A DNA stretch of 64,000 nucleotides, taken from Podarcis cretensis. Taxonomy: Eukaryota. The DNA lies in assembly GCA_951804945.1 (NCBI GenBank), contig OX638156.1:83762001-83826000 (forward strand), given 5' to 3'. The position numbers were made by a program, and so were the translations under genes. Positions 25,401-37,900 of the stretch are shown piece by piece (within the stretch, counting starts at the first letter, position 1; every line of letters begins with the position of its first letter). The notes below the pieces were generated by a model. The model saw nothing but the letters and a program-made list of their open reading frames with translations. It searched no databases and had not been told where the DNA came from.

Positions 25401-27196
25401 AACCGTCTGCACAGACAGCAGCATTTGGTAGATACTCCCAAGTAGCCAAGAGCTACAGTTGAAAACAAAATGCACAGCCAATGACTCATCCTGCCCATAA
25501 AGATCCACTTCCCTTATAACTTTACCTCTGAGGGGGGTGCCTGCTAAAGCTGAGCAAACTGAGGCATGGCAGTTCAAGGCCATCTAACTACCCCACCACC
25601 AGAAAGCAAAGTTTCTTCATGTCTGTTGACAGAGAGGCAGCTCAGGGGAAGGGAATTGGGGGTTTTCTGCTTCCTGAGGCTAGAAGAATGTTTTGGGGAA
25701 GATGCATACATATCATCTAATTTTAAACCCAGTCCAGTGGCAGCATCTCCTCTTGTGCCTTATTAAATTGGACCAGGTCTTCAAAATGTTGCAAAATCCA
25801 AGTTCTCAGTTCAAAACACTAGGCATGCCTTTCTCTCGACCTTCAGCCGCCACCACAAACTCACTTCCTCTGCCTACACACTAGCCCCATACCTTGTCAA
25901 GGACCACATCGCTGATGGGCGGCAGCCCCTCTGGCTTCTGGATGCAGGCAGGCATGAACTGGAAGTCTAAGAGGAACTCCCGGTCGTACTGCTTCTTCCC
26001 TTCGGAGTCCTGGGGCTTCCATTGCTCTGTAATGACAACACCAGCCTCAGGATGGGGCAATTCATTGCGCTATGTTTCCCCACCAAGGCCCCCTTGCTCC
26101 AATTAGAATTGTGGACATGGGGGTCTTTCTCCTTTGCCTTACCCTGTCCCCATTTTGTGGGGAAGTCATGAAATGGTCGAGGGAATGAGTGCATGGCTCC
26201 GTGGAAAAAGAATGTTGCACTCTGATTGTGGAGGACTGGCTTTGCATCCATTTGGTCACATGGAGCCTTGCTTGAGCCCTTTCTTGACTGAGGGACACCC
26301 CCCCCACCCCTTTGCACAGAAGGAAAAAAAGAAGGGTTTGATGCTGAAGGGGAAGAAGCAAGAGCAGGACAGCACCGGGACAGCCATCCACAGGTTTTGT
26401 AGCTTTGTTCTAAAGAACCCTTGGGAAGCACAGTACAAGCAGCAGCAGAGCATGCAGCAGAGGGACAGTTGTGCACTCTGCTCTGTGCAGATGCACCTGG
26501 AGGCTCAGGGAGCATAGGTTGCCCAAAGAGCTACAGGTGGTCACTTTTATCACACAAAGGGGCAATGCAGCAGAGATTTGTAGAGAAGACGGTAGTCTAG
26601 GCCCAGCAGATATTCTATAAAGAATTTATATGTTTCAGTCTTTCAAAGGGTCAATTTCAGGAATTAACCACCAATGAAGTGCTCTTTAAAGGGAGGCAAA
26701 CATCTGGAGCCACAAGTTTGACATCCTGGAAACGAGAGCTCTGGCACCACATGAAAAATTAAAAGGCCTGGAAGGGAGTTGGGAGGCGTAAGTGCAGTGA
26801 CGGCTGCCAGCTAGGGCCCTGGAGGTGCCAGCGTGGGCTCCACCACATGCCCTGCTGAATCCACACAGATTCAGAGTCAGAATCTCAGGGAACCAAGCAG
26901 CAAAGGCAGGTTTCCAGGCAGGAAAAGCATTGACATGGAGTGATGCCTTCTTCTCCAGAAGCCACCTCACAAGGGGCTCACTCCACCTGCAGCCAGCTAC
27001 TTCTTTCAAAATACTGGCAAGTCATAGCCAACTGTCCATTTCCGGCTCATGTGTACAAGAACCAAGGCATGCCTGCCAACTGCATGAAGCGGCCCTTAAA
27101 CTCCGGAGGTGGCCTGGAGATTTGAGTCAAAGAATCACCCTCTTAGTCCAGAAGCTGCATCTTACACCACACCAAGCCCTCTCCTAGGAAGGCTCC

Positions 27197-27236
<40 letters not shown>

Positions 27237-30200
27237 CAGCTTGCTCAACATTTTCCTGGTTACACAGGAACAAAGCAAACTGCCTTACTGTTGATCTAAC
27301 TCAGTATCATCTACACTGTCTGGCAGCAGTTCTCCTTGCCCTGGAGATGCTGCCGAGGGCTGAAGCTGGGGCCTTCTGCATGCAAAGCAGGTAACTAGGG
27401 CTCCTTTCCCATTGCTTTCTCTTACCCCTTTGCTATGAGAAATGCTGTTTCCCCCAAAGAGGCAGAGGAGTAACAGCCCATGCCACGGAAAGACAACACT
27501 GCTGAGGATGCCCCAACTTCTAGGGTAAGATGAGCAGAGGGTGACTGGGACTTACCTGGCTTATACTGGCCGGCCGGGGTTTCACTGGGACTCTCTGCGC
27601 AGCCTGAATTCCCCTCACCTCCTTCCCCCTCGGAGATGTTCTCAGCACCGTTGCGAATGGGCTCCCCTTCCTGCTCACCATTCTCCTCCGCAGCTTTCGC
27701 TACCTTAAGGTCAGAGTGGGAGTCCCTCCTAGGGCAAGTCTTCTGGCTCATTGCCTCTTGTTCAGATTCAAGTATCCTGTCACCTCCAGGTTCCACTTCT
27801 GCTTTAGGCTGAAACAACAAGCAAGCCCCAAATCAGCGTTCTACTCTCTGCCAAGCACTCAATAGACAAAGCTCCACTGCCTCTAATCTAAGGACTGGAA
27901 GTCGCATGTGGCCCTCCAGACTCCTCTCACTGGTCCTTGGGACTCTTCCGAGGAAATGCCCCTTTCCTTAGCTCTGCTGCTGCACACCTGGTTGGAGTCG
28001 TGAGACTTCTCACTTGCCTAGCTAGAGCAGCGTGTAGAATCCTGCATGACTGTACAAAGGGTGGGAGTTGCATATACTGCCCTGCCTTCTTTTTTATGCC
28101 CCTGGCCCTGCCCTCCACTGGCCCCTGGAAGGCTGCCCATGAGGGAGAAAGGCTCTCAGTCTGAAAAAGGGAAATGCTGGCCAAACAGAGATTATGGATT
28201 AAAAAAACAACAACAACACACCAGGCATTCTCCAGTTTCTATCATTTTGGAATAGTTTCCAAAGTATTGACACTGCTCTGTTGCTGTAAAGCGTCCAGAA
28301 CAGCCCAAATGATTTTTTAAAAATGATTTTGTTTTTCAATTGACACCCCCCCACCAAATCAACACTTCCCCATCAGAACTGATTAAAAGCTCCACTAGCA
28401 AACAATACTGCAGCCTCTGCCAACTAGGTGCCCTCTGGATTTCCTGGACTGCCAGTCCTAGCTGGCTAATGGGAGTCTGGAGAGGAGTCTGATGAAGGTT
28501 GTAGCACTCTTAACATTTTCCTCAACTTATCCCTCTCTACAAGGGCAGTCGCTCAAAATCAGAAACTAGGCAAACTTCTGGGGCTCCCTGGCTTAGTAGG
28601 TTCACCTCTAGGGCCAGAGAATCCCTTGAAACTTGGCAGCACGATGGCTCCTGAGCACCCCACCTCTCCGCCCTCCTGCCCGCCTTACCTCGGGTTCGGC
28701 CTCCACCCCCTCCTCGGCGGCCTGGCTCCGCTCTTTTGGTTTGTTCCACATCTTTGGTGCAGTTGCAGCTGTTTGGGCTACAAGATAAAGTTGGACAGGT
28801 TATTTGTCAAATCCGGAGCCTGCTTGGAACAGAACAGCCTTGAGCACGGGCTCCCTTTTTCCAGTAAACTTAATATGGGGAGGGGAGAAACTTGCCTCAG
28901 CCTCACAGAAACAACCTGAAGACAAGGGGAAAGGGGTCACATTGACAGCTGACATTAGGAAAACAATTCAAGAGATTCTAGAGGTGCAAATTAACCAAGA
29001 GGTGACACTTCTGCCCCTCACTGAAGTTCCTCTGACTTCCTGACAATTTACGGAAGTGTGGCCCTGGCCCTGTTGCCTCTTCCTTGGTCCAAGGCAAGAC
29101 ACAGCAATAGGCAGCTGTGGGGTGCAGTGGGGACACAAAGCTGCCTATGTAAGTCCTCTTGTATGACTCTTGGCTGAGACTTTGTAAATGAAACACTGAG
29201 AGCAACTGTTTTTTGCAGTGTAATTTTAAATGCCCCTTGAAAAGATGATTCATTGTGCTTCCAACCTGGAAGATCAGATTCCCCCATCCCAATTATCTCT
29301 TTCTCTCATGCACACCCACACGAAGTCAAAACACAGCCACAGTGCAGTTCTACACCTCCAACACCAGAGGGCAAACACCAACAGGGCCTATATAGATAGG
29401 TGGCTTTGGAGAACCATGAGTGCAGATTCTTCTTTGCTTAATATTGTTTCTGTTGGCAACAAGAGCAGAAATAGGTCTAAGCACCTTAAAATGTGCCAAA
29501 GGGTTAGCAGCTTGTTAACAGCATCAGCTTGGAAGAGACGGTGGACCCAGAGAGCTGTGACAAAGCACGAGGGGACAAAGAGCCTGGCCAGCTTTGACCC
29601 AAGGAAAAGAACTTAACCCTCAGTCCTGCTGTTCTTCCCCAGCGATTGCTATTTAGTGAGGATGGGGATTCTCAGAAGCCAGGTCTACCGACTGAAACGC
29701 ATGGGGGTTCCTGGTCTACTCGCAGAAAACCACAGAGATTTTTGGTGGCCTGTTCTACCCACTGGTATTCAGAAGCAAGCAGCCTCTGATCTGGAAGGAA
29801 GCACATAGCCACTGTGTCCTATTGGTGGTCTTATCCTTCCAGGAATGAGTGCAGCATTTCAGCTGGTGAAATCAGCCAGGCCCATCTCAGTAGGAAAAAA
29901 AAAACTATCTACAAAGAGCTCACCACCTACTACCTCTGGAGGCTGGTGCGAAATGTGCTCCCCACACCCTGCCCTGCTGCAGCCACAATGGGCTCAAACT
30001 CACTTCCCCCAGTTCAGAAAATGGTCAGGACTTTCCACAGAAACTAGTTACTGGTGGACACACAAATGACCTGCATAACTGTGCAACAGGCAACTTTTCA
30101 CCTACTCCTCAAAACAAGCCACAAAGCAAAAGTTACCCCCCGTCTGTGCATTAAATTGTAATAGCCTTAATTACCCTAAACCTCCCTCCTTCCTTCTAAC

Positions 30201-31896
30201 TGCAATATTTAAGCATGATAGAAACAAAGGATAGTGGAGAGGAGCCTCCTTGTGCGGCGGCTTCTTTGAACGCCCGTAAATAAAGGCAATGAGGACCAAT
30301 AAAGCAACACAGGATGCTTCTCAGCTGCACCTGACAGACCAACCCAAGGTATTCTGGACTTTAGCAATTCAGAGCCAGCCTAAGTAGAAGTCATTAGAAC
30401 TGCAGAACAGCCATTCATATGCCTGGAGTCACGGTTATTAAAACATTCCCAGATGCTTCTCTTTTTAACAATTGATGGCCATAATGCCCTCTTAAGTGAT
30501 TTCTCTCTCCCCACTCCCCCCAGAGTCCCCTTCATGTTAACTGCAGAGTTCAGTAATGAACCCAGTGCTTCCTCCCACCTAGGGAGATGCCCAGAAGACA
30601 AACACTACTGCTTAGAAATGCTAGTGGTGAACTGTCTTAAGCACATACCTGGGATTCTCCCACCAGGACAGGAACTGCAAATTCTGTGGCCACCCCACAA
30701 AGCAGCCCACGGCCTCCCTTTCCACTATCACTGGCCACCAATGACCAAGGACGAAAGGATCGCAGGGAGGTCCGAGGGATGAAACTTAAGGCTTGACCGG
30801 AGCATAGCCCTGTTGCCATGTCATAATGCGATGGCAGAAGACTATGACATACTGCCCTGTCAGGCAAGGCTCAGGAGGAACCCTGGCAGGGGTGTGTGCA
30901 AGTCCAGGCCATACCCACATGAGGCACCCCATGGCACTGGGTGAGAGGGGGGAGGAGCTACCATCTACTTTCGTCTGTGGTGGCAGCAGCCCCCATGTTT
31001 GCAGAGGGGGAAGGAATGGGATCAGCATTCAGACAATGGCAGTTGGGTGTGAAGAGCCATTTCAGAGACTGAGACCCCCAAGTCATGTCCTGGTGCTGTC
31101 AGCATCTCAGCTGGCAAGGAGGCTCCACTGCCAAACCAAGTCCTTTGCAGCACTACAGAAGCTGGCTTCCCTACTTTCCACCACTTCAGCGCATGCCCAC
31201 ACAGGGAGCTGCAACACAGATGAGAGGGAAAGCTTTGCAATCTTCCCCAGATCAAGAGAGTGATTAAGAGACGTGCTTGTGAAGGGCCCAAGTCTGAAAG
31301 GACAACAATCCAAGCACACCTTCTAAGGCACCCAAGCACCCTGGAGAGGCAGCTTCCGTCACACAAAATATTGGTGAGAAGCAGGAAGAAGCAGGTGCTA
31401 CACTGACACAAGAAAAAAAGAGGGGCTTTTCCTAGTTCCCATCTAAACTCCACACCCCATATGCTGCTGCTGCTGGCTGGCTTTCCTCAAATCCTCACAA
31501 GCCACCAACATCCCATAATTGGCTTCTATGGGGCGGAAGAAGGAAGGAAAAGAGAAATTATTTTGGCAAAGCTGTGCAACTAGAGGAAATTAAAAGAAAA
31601 CTACCTCAAGCTGGGGCGATGATCTCTTTGATAAGAAATGCAATTCAAATACCATACATATTTCTCAGAGACACAGTGAAACCTTTAACATTAAAGAGGT
31701 GTTGGCAAGTAATCTCACACATCATTTGGGAGCAACTCTGGGACTGCTTGGGTTTCTTTTTATGTAAAAGGAAAGGGAACAGTACAAAGGTAAAAAGCCC
31801 AATCCTAAAGATGTAGGATAAAAATAACTTAAAAATGAATAATATGGGAAGTGATTCTGAGCCAGAAAAGAAGGTGGGTTTTGTGAATTATTTTTT

Positions 31897-31935
<39 letters not shown>

Positions 31936-34900
31936 CAGCAAAATGCCAAGCATTTTAACCATCCCAAGTCTGCCACCCACCCACCAATGCAGCTCTCCCT
32001 AAATGGTTGTTCTGCCTGCTTTCTGCTAGATAAAGCAGGAAGCATAAAAACAAACCACTTTCACAGGCTGTTTCTCGCTTTTGCTCATCATACCATAGAA
32101 GCCCTGTTCATTGTGGGGAAGGAAACAAGCCTACCCCGTCCCCATCAGTCCCTGTCTCCCCTTCAGGATTTGAAAAAAATCTAAGGAACTGAGCAAATTT
32201 TCCACCCATCCGGCCTCCTCTGGGCCTACTTAGCTGCCCTCTGAAATACACACCTCTAGATCCTTTTCCAAGTTGCAACCGAACAGGAGAAAGCACACAC
32301 TCACACATGGAGTTGAGGCAACTGATCCTTTTCCCCCTGTGCAGCCAACCTGCCCTCCGCAACCCCGCAAAGCTGTCCAGGCCCTGAATAAACTGTACCA
32401 CAGACTTTAAAGGAGTTGGGAGAGACCATTGTGACCCCCTGTGAGGATACTCACCTGCTCCGGGGCCCTTCTTTGAATTCAAGCCCTGAGAGTCTGCATT
32501 GTCCTCCGGTTGTCCGTCTACCTCCACCTCTTCTTTCTCCAGATTTTCCTGGGTGTCTTCGCCAAGGGTAGTTCTTGTGGCCTCCTCTCCTTCTAAATCC
32601 CCCTGAAGAGCAGGGAGGGCACCAGGTAGTGGGAGAGGAGAAGCAGATGGTGGCGGAGGAAGAGGGCTCGTCGCTCTAACAGTAGCAGCGGCAGAAACGG
32701 GAGGAGGGCTGGGAGGAGGAGATGGAGGCAGAGACGGAACAGCAGGAAGAGTGACGGAAGCTGGAAGTGGCACACTTTCTGCCTGGTCCAGAGGTGCCTC
32801 TGGGCTCTCCAGATCCACAGCCAAGGGTCCAGCTGCCTCTGGTTGATCTGGTTCCAAGATGCCATCAGTCACTGTGACCCTTTCACTAACTCCGTTCAGT
32901 TCAGTAATTAGATTAGTACTAGCAGTCACTTGGAGGTCGTTGGGGACTATTCTAGGGGGCTCCCTGCCTATATCTGCGCTGGCGTCATCTGTTGGGGGGC
33001 AGACGGGCACTTCCATGCAGGGCGCAGCACTGTGAAGAGGTGCGGCTTCCTGTTTCGAGGAAGCAAGTTCACATCCATCCTCTGAGTCTGGTGCAAACGT
33101 TGATTTAGGAGGCAGAGGAGTGGCGGCGGCAGCAATGACCACCGCAGGGGAGGGCAAAGCCGTGAGAGGAAGCTCTGTTGAGGTCTCGGAGGAGGAGGTG
33201 GTCGGGGTCTCTGCTGTCAGGCCCATTTGATCTTTCCTCTCTCCACTAGGCTCTGGTCTGAGGGCAGGGGAAGGAGATTTTAATACTGGATCTGCTTTAG
33301 GCTTCTCTTCTGGGGGGAAAAAATGGAAGAGTTAGAAAGGGCCATTTAACTCGTCAGATCAGAATGAATTTGCATCAATTATCTACGCACTCCCACTTTC
33401 CAAGAGGAACTGCAGAAACCCCCACGCACCTCCCTGCCCAGAGTCCTCAATTCTCAGCCCAGAGGTTACTGAAGGAAGAAATGGGGATTAAGCAAGCAAT
33501 GTGCTGCTCTTTTCTGTCAAGTTTGCTTGCCACCCATTCTGCAATACAAAAGGAGTCTGAGCCCCCAAACCCTAGCTGTTCTCTTTGGTGGTTCCTAATA
33601 GGGCAGTTTGGCGTCAAGGACCACTTGCCTTGGCACTAAGAACCACCTCCTCACAGAGGAGGGGACTTTTTGGAGCCACAAAGGGCTCCCATGCGCAAGC
33701 AGTGTAGCTGTGAAAAAAGTGAACTACGGGCCCTTTTGTGGATTTCTTTGCCAAGGTTGCTTCGAAGACGCTGATTAACAACATGGATGTGCATTTACAG
33801 GATAAATCAAAAGACAATGTCTCAAGTCCTGAGAACTATGTTGGAGCTCCCTCCGCCCCACAGCATTCGTTTTTTACCCTAAAGAGTCTTGTTTTGTGCA
33901 TGAGGGGTGGAGATGCAAGATGTACAATGGGAATCTTGGGATGCAAGCCCAATTCAGCAGCCAATGCAACGAGTGGAGCGCATGCATCGCCCCCAACCCC
34001 CACAAGCTAGGCTGAGCCTGGCGTCTCCTGTCACTACTGTCAAGGGACCAACTGAACTTCCCCCTTTGGACTCTTGGTGCCTTTCTAAACTCACAGTCAA
34101 GAGGGCCAGTCGCTATTTACAAAAAAGGTTTTGCCACTAATATCTGAAACCCAACTGTCTTGCACAAGTCAGTAAATAAGGGACTGAACACTGGAAGGCC
34201 ACCTCTGCTATAGGGTCACCAAAGACAATGGCAGCAACTGAGGGGATTGGTTCAAGGGCACTGAAGCACCACTAGGAAAGAAGAGGACTAGTTTTGTGGG
34301 AGTCGCAAGGCTGAGAAATCTTCTGGCTGCCATTTTCTCAAAGCTTTTGCAGCCAGCCTCTGACTTTCAGATCAGCTATCATGAACTGACTGAATGCAAC
34401 ATCTTCATTTTTTATTTTTTGCCTTTGGCCAGACATAAAGCAGAATGTGGCTCACTCCCAGTAACTACAGTCTCTCACATGAGGTCTGGACGTCAAGATT
34501 TTCCAGAGGGGCTCTTCTTTCTGTCCTGTGAACACCCAAAGGACATTTGGTGGGCTCCTAATTGGGGAGCCCCTTCAGCGTCTGCTCCCAATGTCTAGAG
34601 CTCCCATATCAAGGGGAGTCTATATAATCCCTTCTGCCAGCAAGAGAATACAGGTAGATCGCACCTTAGGCTGATTTCACTTTCTTGATCATACCTTACA
34701 TGGATCACTGAATTTTTTAAAAAATAAAAAGGGCCAGAAGAGCAAGAAAAAACCCCTGGAAGCCTTGTCCAAGATCTCATGGGCACCCTTGCAAGACCTT
34801 TATACAGCTTAGTGAGAATGATGAGGTGTCTTACATGGAGGGGCAGGGGCAAGGCCTGCTCAGCACTGCTTTGGACAGGTAGGGATGGTCTTGCAGGACC

Positions 34901-37900
34901 ATTCCAGAGGCTGTTCTAGTTTTACATGCTTATGCCTTTGCACGTTACAGCCAGGATCATAACCCTGATGTAATGTGAGATGCACCTGTGCATTTTTATC
35001 CTGACAGGAGTTTGACCCCAGTACCTATAAATTGTTTAAATTTATTCTAGTGCCAGTGGTATTTAATTAATTCTATAGAAGTGATTTTACCTGCCTTGTT
35101 TATTGCCATTATTATTATTATTATCATCATCCAATTTTAACTGCCTGGGGCACCAGATGGGTTATGTATTTAAGAAATAAAGACTAAAAATTGCCCAGTC
35201 ACCGTTACCTGCTCCACCCCCTGCCCAGAGTCTTACCCCAAGGTGACCCTGCATATCCCAGAAGGAGGAGTTACAACCCAAAGCCCCATTGTACAGCTGG
35301 GGGAACTCAATAAATGTGCAAGGTGTTCAAAGACCAGGTTTAATTTCTAATCTTGACATCTACAAGCACAGACTGTTTCATGGATACATCAAGTCTCAAC
35401 AAGGCTCTTAGATATATTCTAAGTTATATTGCAAAAACAGAAGTAAAGACGTGTATTTTAAGAGCATTTACTGTTGCAATGTTTTTATAACAACCAGAAA
35501 GAGAACAAGCGACAGCCCACCCATGCATAATTATAAACAGCGAAACGAATATTAAATTAACACCATCATGATTAAATTAAGAGCAACAACTATGAATGCC
35601 TGTCAGCCCAGGCAGCCCTACAAACACCCCCCCCCAACCAGACTCCTTCCTACTTGGCCAAGAGTGTCATGGCAGCTGCAGTGACTCAGAACCCTGCCAA
35701 CAATGCCCCAAAAATGTATCATTCCCCCAATGTCTTCTCCATCAGCCACCCCACAGAATACCAACAACCTCAGCTACACCTGCCTCCCTCCTCAATGGAG
35801 AACCCTAAGGAGTGCAGCTGGGTCCCTCTAAGCACTCAGCAGAGCAGCAACTGGGCAGCCACTCCAACCTGGCAGTTGCTGCCCTCCTTCCAGGTTCAGA
35901 GTGGCTGTGCTGGGTCACAACAGAACTGGCCAGAAGTGTGACCACGACTGCACGCTGCTGCAGCCACCTACGTCAACCACCCCCTGCGGAGGTGTTGGCA
36001 GCAAAGAAGCACTTGGTTCTATTGAGCATTCAGTGGGGAGCAAGTGTGAAAGGAGCTGCCCAACGGGCCAGCAGTCAAGCTGCGGGGGGTAACTGATGGC
36101 TCTAGGGTGCCAAAGAAGGGGCTTCCTTGTCACAAAGAATTTACAGCTCATTTAAGCACTAGCTTGAGACTGCCTTTGCCAACCTGGTGCCTTCCAGATG
36201 TTGTGCTCCTATCGGTGATAGGTCATTCATGACACATTTCCCCCCTAGTCTGCCTTGGCCAAAATTCAGAAAACTTGTTAACTTCATGTGTTTTTGCCCA
36301 ACAGGCTGCTTGTGAAAGCGCTACAGAAACCAGCAAGGTGGGTCAATGTCATCATCACCACCAACTTGCAGATGGGAAGCTGAAAGGTGGCGCTTTCCAC
36401 AAGGTCAGAAATGATTCAGTGTTCAGGCTCACAGATTCACCAGCTCTCGAGGCTCCTCACAGAGAGAGGGAGAGCACCTCTCAAAACTGGGAGAAAGAGA
36501 TCCGTCCACCCACCTTGCTTCAGGTCGCTTGTCACAGCGATGGGGGTGCTGGCAGCGAGGTGAGAGCTCTCCATGGCCCCGAACGCCACAGCGCTGTGCT
36601 CGGGGACCTGGCTGGGCAGCTGCTGGGATTTGAAGTACAAAAAAGGGTGATAATGAGCATGCGAACATAAAAACTAGCAACATGGAACACAAGCGAGCAA
36701 GAGGGGCAGAAAACCCAGTTGGGTTGGAAAGGAAAAAAAATCAAGAAAAGGAAGAAATAAGATATACGGTCATAAAAAAAAAAGCGCATGGGGAGGGAGG
36801 GAGAAAAGCAGCAGGAGGAGAAAGACAAATTACTATTCACAGCAGCGAGAAGGGAGAAGGCACAACCAGTTATCTGGACACCCCCCATGCCATGGAATTT
36901 GGGGGGAAAGCATGCCTCTCCCCTACCCAACTATTTAAAGGTTGCCACAATTCAACTGAAAGCCTTTCAAAGTACTTTGTTAAAAAAAATTGAAGTGTTG
37001 AATAACAATAAACCGAGAGGAGCTACAGTTGGGGCATGTTCCACAACCCAAGTCCTGGAGACCCTCCCGCCTGAAGCAGCCAAGGTCCTTCTCCAACTTT
37101 CCTTGCCCTCAGAGCTGGCTCATCTCTGGCAAGACGTTTTCCAAGGATGACTGGCTTTGCCTTGCAGCTGATGAGCAGGAGAGGGTGAGGGCAAGAAGTG
37201 CCACCGGGATACAGATGCTGCGCAAGGAGGCTACAGCAGAGAATGAGTGCCAGCCTCCTACCACCATGTGTCCGTCCCCACGCAGTTACCTGGGGTGGGG
37301 TGGGCGTGGACGAGGGCCTGACCGTGGGAGGTGTGGGGTTGCGGCTTCCTCCACCAGACATGATCTCTTCCGTTATGTCTTTGCCCCCTTGGTTGGGATC
37401 TCGGATGCGGATCTGGAAAGGATGGAACGAAGCACCCGCTCAAATCACCTCCCCCAAAAAGTGGCTTGGCTGGGGGTCCAGCCTCATGCTGTGAGGGGAG
37501 CATGACACTCGCAACTCATGGTTCAGAGGGCCGCACCAAGGGCCACAGCAGCACATGGTGGAAGGAAACCCCACCCCAAGAGGTGCCCCTTTTATAATGT
37601 TACACCCCCACCCCCAAAGGTACCCCCATTATAACGCCCACGAAGGTGTTGCCAAGAGGTATTTTTGTTCTGAAAAGCTTTCTAAGTGGCTGAGGTCTCC
37701 ACAATGGGTGTTTCTTTTTAGGGTTTTCCCATTCGTTTGCTGCTATTTTAAACTGTTTTGATTATATTGCATATATCACCTTAAAACACATATGAGGAAG
37801 GTGAGTAAATAACAACAAAGGCTTTAAACAGAACACCTGTGAGAGAGACTCCTCCCATGGTGAGGGGAGTGTCAACCTCCCCAGTTTCCAGCTTCTCCCT

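Noticed and set aside
32108-32454. ORF continuing ~115 codons past the donor of the large exon
   Set aside because: Good gtgagt donor at 32454; composition becomes intron-like and I saw no clear nearby poly(A) signal for an alternative terminal exon.
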